Assembly: GCA_964631135.1 (NCBI GenBank)
Contig: CAZVVZ010000024.1
Coordinates: forward strand, 1 to 13,198
From: an uncultured Eubacteriales bacterium
GTDB taxonomy: Bacteria; Bacillota; Clostridia; TANB77; RGIG9151
Reading direction: 5' to 3'
DNA: 13,198 bases
Below are positions 1 through 7,790 of this stretch, piece by piece. The first letter of the stretch is position 1; the number at the start of each line of letters is the position of its first letter. The notes beneath the pieces are model-generated. The model was not told the DNA's origin. It did no database searches and saw only the letters and a list, made by a program, of their open reading frames with translations. The position numbers and the translations under genes are program-made.

Positions 1-2
1 CT

Positions 3-401
3 ACTCTGCTAGAGTGCAGTAAAATATCCTCGAATCGTTGGAAAACCGGATTTTCAAAAAAGATTAAGGAAGTGTCGGCTGAAGACATAAGTGAAATTGA
101 GCTTGAAACTTACTATAAGCAGCTCAAGTCAAGACTCATGGAGTGGCGAACTTTCAACAATATTTTAATCGGATTAAACAAAGAAGGAAGGTTTGAAATA
201 ACTAATCCTGCAGTCGGCAAACTCACAGTAGAAAAAACTGTTTTTGACGAACAGGTATATATTTCTTGCTTTTCCAATATTGAAAATACCCGTCTTACTA
301 CAATTGCCAACTACCATGATTTGTCGCCAAGTTGCTGGGATAATATAAGCTCAGACATTGACATCTTTACTTTAAGGAATTTTTTCTTGCTGAAACCGTA
401 A
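3..401 (+). CDS. Hypothetical protein, probably the 3' part of a longer CDS running off the left edge of the window
   Basis: The track ORF 72..401 starts at a GTG only 1-2 nt after an AAGGA, which is poor spacing. I translated the same frame upstream and found no stop back to nt 3 (..TLLECSKISSNRWKTGFSKKIKEVSAEDIS..). The internal ATG at 138 has no RBS. Stop is TAA at 399-401. I recognise no family from the sequence. Confidence 0.45.
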   Translation, partial: TLLECSKISSNRWKTGFSKKIKEVSAEDISEIELETYYKQLKSRLMEWRTFNNILIGLNKEGRFEITNPAVGKLTVEKTVFDEQVYISCFSNIENTRLTTIANYHDLSPSCWDNISSDIDIFTLRNFFLLKP

Positions 402-409
402 TACTAAAA

Positions 410-635
410 GGCTGTAAAAAATCTTCGCTTTTACGAGGCTGCTGAAAAAGTCTTCGTAAATAAAAAAATAGCACAGATGCCATATAGTTTAAAAGATGCG
501 AATATTCACAGGAAACCGACCTATAGTATATAATAAGAGGTTTCCGTCGTGAATCTTGAGCAACGTTAAACTATATAACATCTGTGCTATTTTTTTATTT
601 ACGAAGACTTTTTCAGCAGCCTCGTTTTTACAGCC
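410..635. repeat. About 226-nt extended inverted repeat (hairpin or cruciform) between convergent genes; possible bidirectional terminator or MITE/REP-like palindromic element
   Basis: Hand-paired stems: 410-420/625-635 (11 bp), 434-479/579-624 (46 bp, perfect), 482-492/566-576 (11 bp), 504-509/549-554 (6 bp), 511-517/539-545 (7 bp). There is a 13-nt left-arm bulge (421-433), an 11x11 unpaired internal loop (493-503/555-565) and a 21-nt apical loop (518-538). It is followed by T7 at 638-644 on the plus strand and by TTTTAGTAT on the minus strand. Confidence 0.85.
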
Positions 636-669
636 CCTTTTTTTGCATAATCCTTAACAAATATTTCGT

Positions 670-2649
670 TTATTTAATTTTCAAACTTCCGATCTTTGAG
701 AAATCATTTAAGCTATATGCTGAATACATCTCGTCCGAAATAGTATATAAAGTATCATCAATATAAACCAATCTATCTATAGTTTTATTTCCGTAATAAT
801 AATGGCCTGCTTTTTTCCAGTCTTCATCAGTTAAATCCGTAAGTTTAGCTTTTAGTACAAACCCCTTATCTAAAGTAATCTCATATACATATGCCCCTAC
901 AAACGTTGTGTCTCCGTAGGTCCAAGCTTTAGGATTTTCTTCATCAACAGTAGCTACTTCAATAGGAAATGCTAACAGATTTTTTTCTTTTGAGAAGAGC
1001 AATGCTTTATGATTATCTAACAGTTCAGATTCAGTTCCCCTGTCTCCTATTTCCTCTTTCCACATTTCTATAGGGTTTTCAGGGTCTGTAACATCAAATA
1101 ATGCAATTTTCATTCCTTGATAATATGCAGCAGTACCATTTTCGTCTGCCCAGCCCCAACTTCCGTCTTCATCACTTACCACAGCTGCATCTTTACCAAA
1201 TCCAATAATATGGGTTTCATCATACGGATGCAAATAATCACTGTATCCAGGTATTTTTAATTTCCCTAAAATTTCCGGGGATTCAGGATTAGATAAATCT
1301 ATTACAAATAACGGATCAACCTTTCTAAAAGTAACCATATATGCCCTATCGCCCATATATCTTACCGAATAAATTTTTTCACCGGGTGCAATGTCTTCAA
1401 TGCAACCTACAGTTTTTAAATCTTTATCTAATACATACATACTATTTTTAGACTTGTTCTCTCCTATACCTGTAACCTCGCCGATTGTTGTTGCAATTCT
1501 AAAATATCCGTCATGCTCGTCCATAGAAAATTGATTTAATGTTGAGCCCTTTACTTCACCTGTAGCTTTACAATTCATTTCACCATTCTCTAATTTAAAT
1601 CTGTATATATGTGTGGTTTTAGTCTGATTATAGTTATAATTATAACTATCTATGACTTCTCTAAGCATAATTTCATCTTCTGTAGACGTATCATCATCAT
1701 TTTCATATTTTAAAAATGTAACATACATGTTATCTTGTGAAGCATAAATACTTTCACTGTCTCCTAAATAGGTTGAAATTTGAGCTTCTTTAGTTAAATC
1801 AGATAAGTCAACCCCAACAGTTATCATATATTCGGAGCACTCAAAGTTCGGAAAATATCTAATAGTTTCACAGTTTACATTTTTTCTTTCACTAGATACG
1901 GCAGTATCCTTATAACAAGGCAATATATTCTGTTCTTCATCATTTAAGTAATATGTGTCAATATATTTTTTTGCGACTAAATACATTGCATCATCAATTT
2001 TTCTTGATGAAACATATTCTCCGCTAACTTCTACTTCTTTTTCATTTTTTAAATTTGCTTTATCAGTTGAATTGTACACTAATATTTTTGTATAGTGCTC
2101 TCCATAGTATCTGCTTCCTCTTACATATTCATCTCCGATAACAACAACCATATCACCTTCTACATATAGTTCTAGCGGTTCAAACTCATCATCATATTTT
2201 ATTTCTGAAACCACTTTCATGGAATCAGCCGGATATATTTCGCTGACTTCTAGCTTATTATCTGTCAAATGATATAAATACTTTCCGTCTGTTTTTATAA
2301 TATCTGCTTCGTCTACTCCTTCAACTTGTACATTAGTTGTTGAAAAGTCTAATGACGTTGAAGCATCTGATACAGACTCTGATTCAAAGCTTGCGGTAGC
2401 ACCAGTAAAGAAACTATCAAGACTATTACTCTTAAGGTTACTCTTAAGGTTATAATTTAGTCCGCTATTATACCCATTAGTAGTGGCACTGTTTTTAACT
2501 ATTTTTTTCAAATTGTCATATGTACCAACAACAGGCAATTCTAAATTGGGTTCAACTACTTCTTGGCTACTTTTTACTAGCCCCGGTGCAACTGCAATTC
2601 CACCCATCACACCAAAAACCGCAAATAACTTAACTAGTTCTTTAATCAT
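670..2649 (-). CDS. Secreted beta-propeller domain protein (COG4880 / PF09826-like), function unknown
   Basis: The segment VRYMGDRAYMVTFRKVDPLFVIDLSNPESPEILGKLKIPGYSDYLHPYDETHIIGFG matches the hallmark block of the Beta_propel family as I remember it. N-terminal hydrophobic signal or anchor (MIKELVKLFAVFGVMGGIAVAPG). I moved the start to the ATG at 2649, which is preceded by GGAGGGAA (2654-2661). The track start at 2667 lies upstream of that RBS. Confidence 0.85.
   Translation of the reverse strand: MIKELVKLFAVFGVMGGIAVAPGLVKSSQEVVEPNLELPVVGTYDNLKKIVKNSATTNGYNSGLNYNLKSNLKSNSLDSFFTGATASFESESVSDASTSLDFSTTNVQVEGVDEADIIKTDGKYLYHLTDNKLEVSEIYPADSMKVVSEIKYDDEFEPLELYVEGDMVVVIGDEYVRGSRYYGEHYTKILVYNSTDKANLKNEKEVEVSGEYVSSRKIDDAMYLVAKKYIDTYYLNDEEQNILPCYKDTAVSSERKNVNCETIRYFPNFECSEYMITVGVDLSDLTKEAQISTYLGDSESIYASQDNMYVTFLKYENDDDTSTEDEIMLREVIDSYNYNYNQTKTTHIYRFKLENGEMNCKATGEVKGSTLNQFSMDEHDGYFRIATTIGEVTGIGENKSKNSMYVLDKDLKTVGCIEDIAPGEKIYSVRYMGDRAYMVTFRKVDPLFVIDLSNPESPEILGKLKIPGYSDYLHPYDETHIIGFGKDAAVVSDEDGSWGWADENGTAAYYQGMKIALFDVTDPENPIEMWKEEIGDRGTESELLDNHKALLFSKEKNLLAFPIEVATVDEENPKAWTYGDTTFVGAYVYEITLDKGFVLKAKLTDLTDEDWKKAGHYYYGNKTIDRLVYIDDTLYTISDEMYSAYSLNDFSKIGSLKIK
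2427..2452. repeat. Perfect 12-bp tandem duplication (TACTCTTAAGGT x2, plus 2 nt) inside the beta-propeller gene
   Basis: Units at 2427-2438 and 2439-2450 are identical. The repeat is in frame and encodes the NLKS-NLKS repeat in the N-terminal linker (..NYNLKSNLKSNSLD..). Confidence 0.9.
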
Positions 2650-2730
2650 ACAGTTCCCTCCATTCATCTAATAAATAGACGATTTAAAATAAAAAAAGTT
2701 TCAAATATTTTATTTTTTATATTGTCTTGC

Positions 2731-2762
2731 AAAAAAGCGGACAGCTAAAGCCATCCGCTTTT
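2731..2762 (-). terminator. Rho-independent terminator after the CarD-family gene (potentially bidirectional)
   Basis: The minus-strand RNA reads AAAAGCGGAUGGCUUUAGCUGUCCGCUUUUUU. The GCGGA/UCCGC stem is extended by GC pairs, with one internal mismatch pair, and is followed by U6. It lies 4 nt downstream of the stop codon at 2766-2768. Confidence 0.75.
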
Positions 2763-2765
2763 CGT

Positions 2766-3260
2766 TTATGCATTTTCAGTTAAGCCTAATTTCTGATTAA
2801 CTAAATTTTCAATCTCAGCTTTTGAAGTCTGGTTTGCTAATACAAGCTCACTAACCAAAATCTGCTTTGCACTGTTATATAGCTTTTTCTCTCCTGTAGA
2901 TAAACCCTTGCCTGACGAATTCTTATGTGCCAGATTTTTAACAACTTCAGCAACTTCAAATATATTTCCACTCTTTATTTTGTCCATATTCTCTCTATAT
3001 CTTTTATTCCAATTAGCATTCATTTCAGTCTGCTCACCTGACAAAACATTTAATACCCTATCTACATCTTTGCATGCAATAATTTCTCTCATGCCAACTT
3101 CTTGGGCATTATTAGTAGGCACCATAACTTGGATATCTCCAATAGGCATTTTCATTATGTAATATTTTTGCTTTTGATCTAAAATTTCTTTTTCTTCTAT
3201 AGATTCTATGACACCAGCACCATGCATAGGATATACTACTTTATCACCAATATTAAACAT
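2766..3260 (-). CDS. CarD/CdnL-family RNA-polymerase-binding transcriptional regulator
   Basis: The N-terminus MFNIGDKVVYPMHGAGVIESIEEKEILDQKQKYYIMKMP is typical of the CarD_CdnL_TRCF domain. Length is 164 aa. RBS GGAAGAGGGGG lies upstream of the ATG at 3260. Confidence 0.85.
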   Translation of the reverse strand: MFNIGDKVVYPMHGAGVIESIEEKEILDQKQKYYIMKMPIGDIQVMVPTNNAQEVGMREIIACKDVDRVLNVLSGEQTEMNANWNKRYRENMDKIKSGNIFEVAEVVKNLAHKNSSGKGLSTGEKKLYNSAKQILVSELVLANQTSKAEIENLVNQKLGLTENA

Positions 3261-3342
3261 ACACGTACCCCCTCTTCCTGAAAAGTTGCAATTAAAGTAT
3301 TACTGAAATTCCCTTAATTAAACAACCCAACCAACATTAAAT

Positions 3343-3371
3343 ATTGTACCATAAAATATCCATTTTGTCAA
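3343..3371 (-). promoter_or_regulatory. Near-consensus sigma-A promoter with extended -10, driving the CarD-family gene
   Basis: Minus strand reads TTGACA (3371-3366), 17 nt, then TGgTACAAT (-10 hexamer 3348-3343). The -35 hexamer overlaps the disA stop codon (3368-3370). This leaves a leader of about 75 nt before the ATG at 3260. Confidence 0.7.
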
Positions 3372-4432
3372 AACCTAATATCAAATAAAGTTTGTTCTCT
3401 CATGCGTTTTAAACTACTGTTTATGTACCTTGCTCTTACTTCTCCGATTCCATCAACATCGTCTAATTCATCAATACTGGAAGCCAATATTCCACGTAAA
3501 TTTCTAAAGTTTCCAACTAAATTTTCAATAACATTTGTAGGTAACCTTGGAACCATAGATAAGATTCTATATCCCTTAGGCGGAACTAACATATCTAGCT
3601 GAGATGATGTACTGTATCCCATTATTTTGGCAATTCCGTTAACGTCTGTAATTTCATTGTACGATAAATTCATAATTTTGTTGCAAGTATTGTCTACTGT
3701 GCCTTTTTTATTGATTTCCATATAATCTTTGACTATAAGTTCTAAATCTTGCTTAGTACTTCCCACAAGTTCGTTAAGCTGCATTTCTACAAGTCTGCTT
3801 TCATCGCCAAGTTCATAAATATATCTTTCTACTTCCTCAGAAATTTTTAGAACAGACACTATTCTCTGAACAGCATTGCAAACATTCTCAACGGTAACCA
3901 TATCTTCAAATTCTAAAGCATTAAGGTTGTTCATTACGCCGTCTAAAGATGCTTTATACTTTTCTAAAGTTTGTAATGCTTGATTTGCTCTATTTAACAC
4001 AACACTCGTATCAGGTAAAACATACCTAATATTGCCCTTAAATAAAGTAATTACGTTCCTCCTCTGCGAAACACTTATTACCAAATTCCCCGTTTGCTTT
4101 GCAAAACGTTCTGCAGTACGATGTCTTGTACCTGTTTCAGCCGTAGTAATAGAGTGATCCGGATTAAGCTGTGTATTAGCATATAAAATTTTCTTTAAAT
4201 CGTTGCTTAAAATAATTGCACCATCCATTTTTGCAAGTTCATATAAAAGTGCCGGCGAATAATCTGCATTTAGCTTAAACCCTCCATCAACTAAATTCAA
4301 AACATTTTCGGTATCTCCAACTACAATAAGTCCACCGGTCCTTGCTTTTAATACATTTTCTAAGCCTTCTCTAAACATCGTCCCCGGCGCAATCATTCTT
4401 AAAATGCTGATGATTTCATCTTTATCTGTCAT
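3368..4432 (-). CDS. disA: DNA integrity scanning protein DisA (diadenylate cyclase)
   Basis: DAC-domain motifs DGA (KMDGAIIL) and RHR (GTRHRTAERF) are present, with a C-terminal helix-hairpin-helix (VDGIGEVRA). I chose the ATG at 4432 (MTDKDEII..), which is preceded by AAAGGGTG 8 nt upstream. The track start at 4459 is a TTG, and neither it nor the ATG at 4453 has an RBS. Confidence 0.9.
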   Translation of the reverse strand: MTDKDEIISILRMIAPGTMFREGLENVLKARTGGLIVVGDTENVLNLVDGGFKLNADYSPALLYELAKMDGAIILSNDLKKILYANTQLNPDHSITTAETGTRHRTAERFAKQTGNLVISVSQRRNVITLFKGNIRYVLPDTSVVLNRANQALQTLEKYKASLDGVMNNLNALEFEDMVTVENVCNAVQRIVSVLKISEEVERYIYELGDESRLVEMQLNELVGSTKQDLELIVKDYMEINKKGTVDNTCNKIMNLSYNEITDVNGIAKIMGYSTSSQLDMLVPPKGYRILSMVPRLPTNVIENLVGNFRNLRGILASSIDELDDVDGIGEVRARYINSSLKRMREQTLFDIRF

Positions 4433-4449
4433 CACTAATACACCCTTTC

Positions 4450-5808
4450 TCATTCGCAAATTTGCTTCATTATATCAGTTAAGTTTTCTGCCTCAATTAT
4501 ATCAATTTTAAACTTTCCCTCTATATTTTTTGCATTACTCTTTGGTATAACACAATAAGAAAATCCCGTCTTTTCAGCCTCATAAATTCTCTTATCTATA
4601 AAATTAACACTTCTGATTTCACCGGTTAACCCGACCTCGCCAATAACCACACCACCGGGTTTAATCGGTCTGTTTCTAAAACTGGACATAATAGCAACCG
4701 CAATTCCTAAATCCACAGCCGGCTCATTTATTTTTATTCCTCCGACAACATTTATATAAATATCCTGATTATAAAGATTGCATCCTACTTTCTTTTCTAA
4801 AACTGCTGCAAGCAAAGTCACTCTGTTATAATCTAAGCCTGTTGACATACGTCTTGGCATACCAAAAGGTGTTTGAGAAACTAACGATTGAATTTCGACA
4901 ACCATAGGTCTCGTCCCTTCCATTGTGCAAACAACAGTAGAACCCGGAGCATTTTTATTTTCTGAAATCATAATCTGTGTAGGATCCGTAACCTCAGTCA
5001 ATCCCGAATCTTTCATTTCAAAAATTCCAATTTCATTTGTGGAACCAAACCTATTTTTTACAGCCCTTAAAATTCTGTAAGAAAAATACCTTTCACCCTC
5101 TAAATATAAAACTGTATCTACCATATGCTCCAGCACTCTCGGTCCAGCAATTGCACCCTCTTTGGTAACATGTCCTATGATAACAGTCGTAATTCCATGT
5201 CGCTTAGCTATTTCCATAAACCTCCCTGTTACCGCTCTGACCTGCCCGACACTTCCGGCAGCAGATTCCATCGTCGGATCATACATAGTCTGGATTGAGT
5301 CTATTATTAGCAACTCAGGTTTATCATCTTTCAATTTTTCAGAAATAATATTCATATCCGTCTCACTCAAAAATAATATATTATCATTATTGATTTTTAA
5401 GCGTTCAGCCCTCATTTTTATTTGGCTTCCTGATTCTTCACCGGATATATATAAAACTTTTCCTCCGCATTTAATTTTATCGCACATCTGTAAAATCAAA
5501 GTTGATTTTCCGATTCCCGGATCTCCCCCCACAAGAGTTAACGATCCCTTAGTAAGTCCGCCGCCAAGTACTCGGTTTAATTCACCGAATCCGGTTTCAA
5601 ATCTTTGACCCATCTCAACTTTTATATCTGATAATTTTATAACCTCAGACGATGCTTTCTCTTTATATCCGCCACTGTATTTATCTTTCTGAAGCTTTTC
5701 CTCCACAAACGTATTCCACTCATTACATGCAGGGCATTTCCCCAGCCATTTGGGAGATTCATATCCACAACTATTGCAAAAAAACACACTTGTAACTTTA
5801 CTGGCCAT
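4450..5808 (-). CDS. radA: DNA repair protein RadA/Sms
   Basis: N-terminal zinc finger CNSCGYESPKWLGKCPACNEW, Walker A GDPGIGKST, the RadA-specific KNRFG motif, and a Lon-protease-like C-terminal domain. RBS GGAGA lies 6 nt upstream of the ATG at 5808. Confidence 0.95.
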   Translation of the reverse strand: MASKVTSVFFCNSCGYESPKWLGKCPACNEWNTFVEEKLQKDKYSGGYKEKASSEVIKLSDIKVEMGQRFETGFGELNRVLGGGLTKGSLTLVGGDPGIGKSTLILQMCDKIKCGGKVLYISGEESGSQIKMRAERLKINNDNILFLSETDMNIISEKLKDDKPELLIIDSIQTMYDPTMESAAGSVGQVRAVTGRFMEIAKRHGITTVIIGHVTKEGAIAGPRVLEHMVDTVLYLEGERYFSYRILRAVKNRFGSTNEIGIFEMKDSGLTEVTDPTQIMISENKNAPGSTVVCTMEGTRPMVVEIQSLVSQTPFGMPRRMSTGLDYNRVTLLAAVLEKKVGCNLYNQDIYINVVGGIKINEPAVDLGIAVAIMSSFRNRPIKPGGVVIGEVGLTGEIRSVNFIDKRIYEAEKTGFSYCVIPKSNAKNIEGKFKIDIIEAENLTDIMKQICE

Positions 5809-5828
5809 ATTCTATCTCCATTCTTAAG

Positions 5829-7736
5829 CTATAGTCCTTTTATAGCATTTAATGCAATAATAAACATTGCACTCGACCAAGAAAGTTGCATAATCCATGC
5901 CGGCTTTCCGGTAAATTTATCTACCTGTTCAGGTAGGAATCCTAAATTAGTAGCATTTTTAGCTGCCCATATTATTTTTTCTTTGCATTTTTCTATATCG
6001 CCAATCGAAGCATAATATATTCCTAACCATAAAGTAGCAATTATCCACGGATTACCTCCTATGTATGAGTCATACTCATATCTGCCAAATCCACCTGCCG
6101 GGAATCCGTCTAATCTATCTTCTATAGCTCTTACAGTTTTTTTAATTCTGTCATCCTTAGCATCAAATATGTTAAACGGAAGTGCAAGCCCTAGCAGACT
6201 AATATCTACTGTGTTGTCAACATCTGCTACCTGTAATTTATATCCCATCTTATTCGTATCAACTTCTACCGTATCACAATTCCACCAATTAAGTCTTGTT
6301 CTTCTTCCACGTAAAAATCTTCTCTCATTGTCGCTCCATAAATTCTTTTCAATTGCCTTAATAATATTTTCAGCGGTTTCGCGCCATAACTTAGCTAGCG
6401 GTAAATCAACATTCATTTCCTCAGCCATACTAGCCGCACACCTCAAAGCCGCAACAACTGATGCCGTAGTATAAGTATGTTCTCCGAAACGTTCTTCCCA
6501 TAAATCATATGAAGGTTTTGCAAGCCCTGTTTCTTCATCCAAATTATTCATTAAATATAAAGCTGCCGGTTTTATAGCACTCCACATTTCTTCAATAAAT
6601 TCTATTTTCTTAGTAAATTCATAGTGTTCCCATACACCATAAATAATAGATGCAACTTCATCAACCTGAATTCCCCAAGAAGGCGCTAATTTGCCATCTA
6701 AATAATACCGCTGTTGCCATGCTCCGTTTGGAAGCTGAGCCCTCTTAGCCCAAACCAAATAAAATCTTTCCGCCTCTTCGGTCATTCCGCACATATCAAA
6801 AGCCTTGGTAATAAAAATTCCGTCTCTTGGCCAGCAATACCCGTATCGGCCACATCTGGAGAACTTTTCGTCTGCCTCAACACCGGCTAAAATTGCGCCG
6901 GTTTCTTTATTTGTAAGTAATTTGAAAGTCAAAATTGACTGATAATATACTTCGTCTATTTTTTCGTTACCTGTCGCTAACTTATCATATTTTTTAAATT
7001 CTTCTTTCCAATATGCTCTCTCGTCTTCAATAAACTTTCTACCGCCATTTTTCTTTGCATCCGAAAATAATTCTCTTCCTGTTTGCATATCAAAAGAAAA
7101 TGCGAAAAACAAATTAAATTCCACTTTATCGCCCGGTACTAATTCTCCAAAATCCCAACGTAAGCCCATATTTGACGTCATAGAGATTTCGTCTTTACCA
7201 TATAACGTATCTTTACGAATAGCATCAAAGCTGTCACCAAACTGAAATCCGGTAATATTAGCATCCGCACCTATAGTAACTATACTATTTTTATTATATA
7301 TAACTGCCGCATTGTTTTCAAAATCCATCATACCGCTTCTTATGTCATTATCTGCTGTAATAAAATCGGTATGCAAAAATGTTTTTAATCTAAGAGTTCT
7401 GTCACAAATATTTTCAATTGTATAATTTCTAATCCAAATATCTTTATCATTTACTACAAAATCTTTTTGGTAAATTCGTAATCCAAAATCCGAGTTTTCA
7501 TACATAGTAACTAAAATATTAGTCCTTTTTTCATACTTTTGCTCTATATACCATAAATTTTCATGTAAAAATCTCGTATCAGAATCATCAAATTTTATCC
7601 CAATAAAAATATTATTTATTTGCTGAGCATAATCTTGTTCAGGCCAAAAAATCCGGTTAGCTTCCCCGCTCGCGGTAAAAGAAATAAGCAACTTACCATT
7701 CCCGGTAATTCCATCGTTAAAATAGCTTCTGCCCAT
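5829..7736 (-). CDS. Glycoside hydrolase family 15 (glucoamylase / glucodextranase-like), apparently cytoplasmic
   Basis: GH15-type blocks GYCWPRDG and SYDLWEERFGEHTYT (catalytic acid region). Size is 635 aa, consistent with an N-terminal beta-sandwich plus an (alpha/alpha)6 catalytic domain. No signal peptide. RBS GGAGGG lies 6 nt upstream of the ATG at 7736. Confidence 0.85.
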   Translation of the reverse strand: MGRSYFNDGITGNGKLLISFTASGEANRIFWPEQDYAQQINNIFIGIKFDDSDTRFLHENLWYIEQKYEKRTNILVTMYENSDFGLRIYQKDFVVNDKDIWIRNYTIENICDRTLRLKTFLHTDFITADNDIRSGMMDFENNAAVIYNKNSIVTIGADANITGFQFGDSFDAIRKDTLYGKDEISMTSNMGLRWDFGELVPGDKVEFNLFFAFSFDMQTGRELFSDAKKNGGRKFIEDERAYWKEEFKKYDKLATGNEKIDEVYYQSILTFKLLTNKETGAILAGVEADEKFSRCGRYGYCWPRDGIFITKAFDMCGMTEEAERFYLVWAKRAQLPNGAWQQRYYLDGKLAPSWGIQVDEVASIIYGVWEHYEFTKKIEFIEEMWSAIKPAALYLMNNLDEETGLAKPSYDLWEERFGEHTYTTASVVAALRCAASMAEEMNVDLPLAKLWRETAENIIKAIEKNLWSDNERRFLRGRRTRLNWWNCDTVEVDTNKMGYKLQVADVDNTVDISLLGLALPFNIFDAKDDRIKKTVRAIEDRLDGFPAGGFGRYEYDSYIGGNPWIIATLWLGIYYASIGDIEKCKEKIIWAAKNATNLGFLPEQVDKFTGKPAWIMQLSWSSAMFIIALNAIKGL

Positions 7737-7790
7737 TATCTTCCCTCCATTAGTATCTAAAATATTATCTACTTATAAAACTACTCAATT

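Noticed and set aside
477-581. Mini-ORFs inside the palindrome: 18 codons from the ATG at 477 on the plus strand, and 28 codons from the ATG at 581 on the minus strand, with similar N-termini (MPYSL / MLYSL).
   Set aside because: The similarity is a trivial consequence of the inverted repeat. Neither has a Shine-Dalgarno sequence, and both lie within sequence predicted to be tightly base-paired.
410-635. 6S RNA (ssrS) as an explanation for the long hairpin with a central bubble.
   Set aside because: The overall shape (closing stem, internal bubble, apical stem) is reminiscent of 6S RNA. However, 6S RNAs have irregular, bulge-rich stems rather than a 46-bp perfect duplex, which would be an RNase III target. 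I could not identify a properly placed promoter or terminator for a roughly 190-nt transcript, or any conserved 6S sequence features. A covariance-model scan would settle it.
2650-2667. The longer N-terminal extensions offered by the track: 2667 for the propeller gene, 4459 for disA, 10412 for ctp and 11648 for M23.
   Set aside because: In each case an internal ATG is preceded by a well-spaced GGAGG-like RBS, while the upstream start is a TTG or lacks an RBS. For M23 the upstream start would overlap ftsX and bury the signal peptide.
3261-3342. Possible riboswitch or c-di-AMP (ydaO-type) element in the roughly 75-nt CarD leader, or near the M23/disA genes.
   Set aside because: Only a weak AT-rich hairpin (AATTAAGG / CTTTAATT) is present. 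I saw no conserved ACGGGG/CCC-type blocks, and the leader is too short for the known c-di-AMP riboswitch architecture.
5859-5880. Small hairpin TGCAAT-n7-ATTGCA near the 3' end of the GH15 gene, and weak promoter-like hexamers (TTGCAT-18-TATAGC) upstream of radA.
   Set aside because: The stem is only 6 bp, lies inside coding sequence and has no U-tract. The hexamers are a poor match with non-optimal spacing, which is not enough to call a radA promoter or an attenuator.
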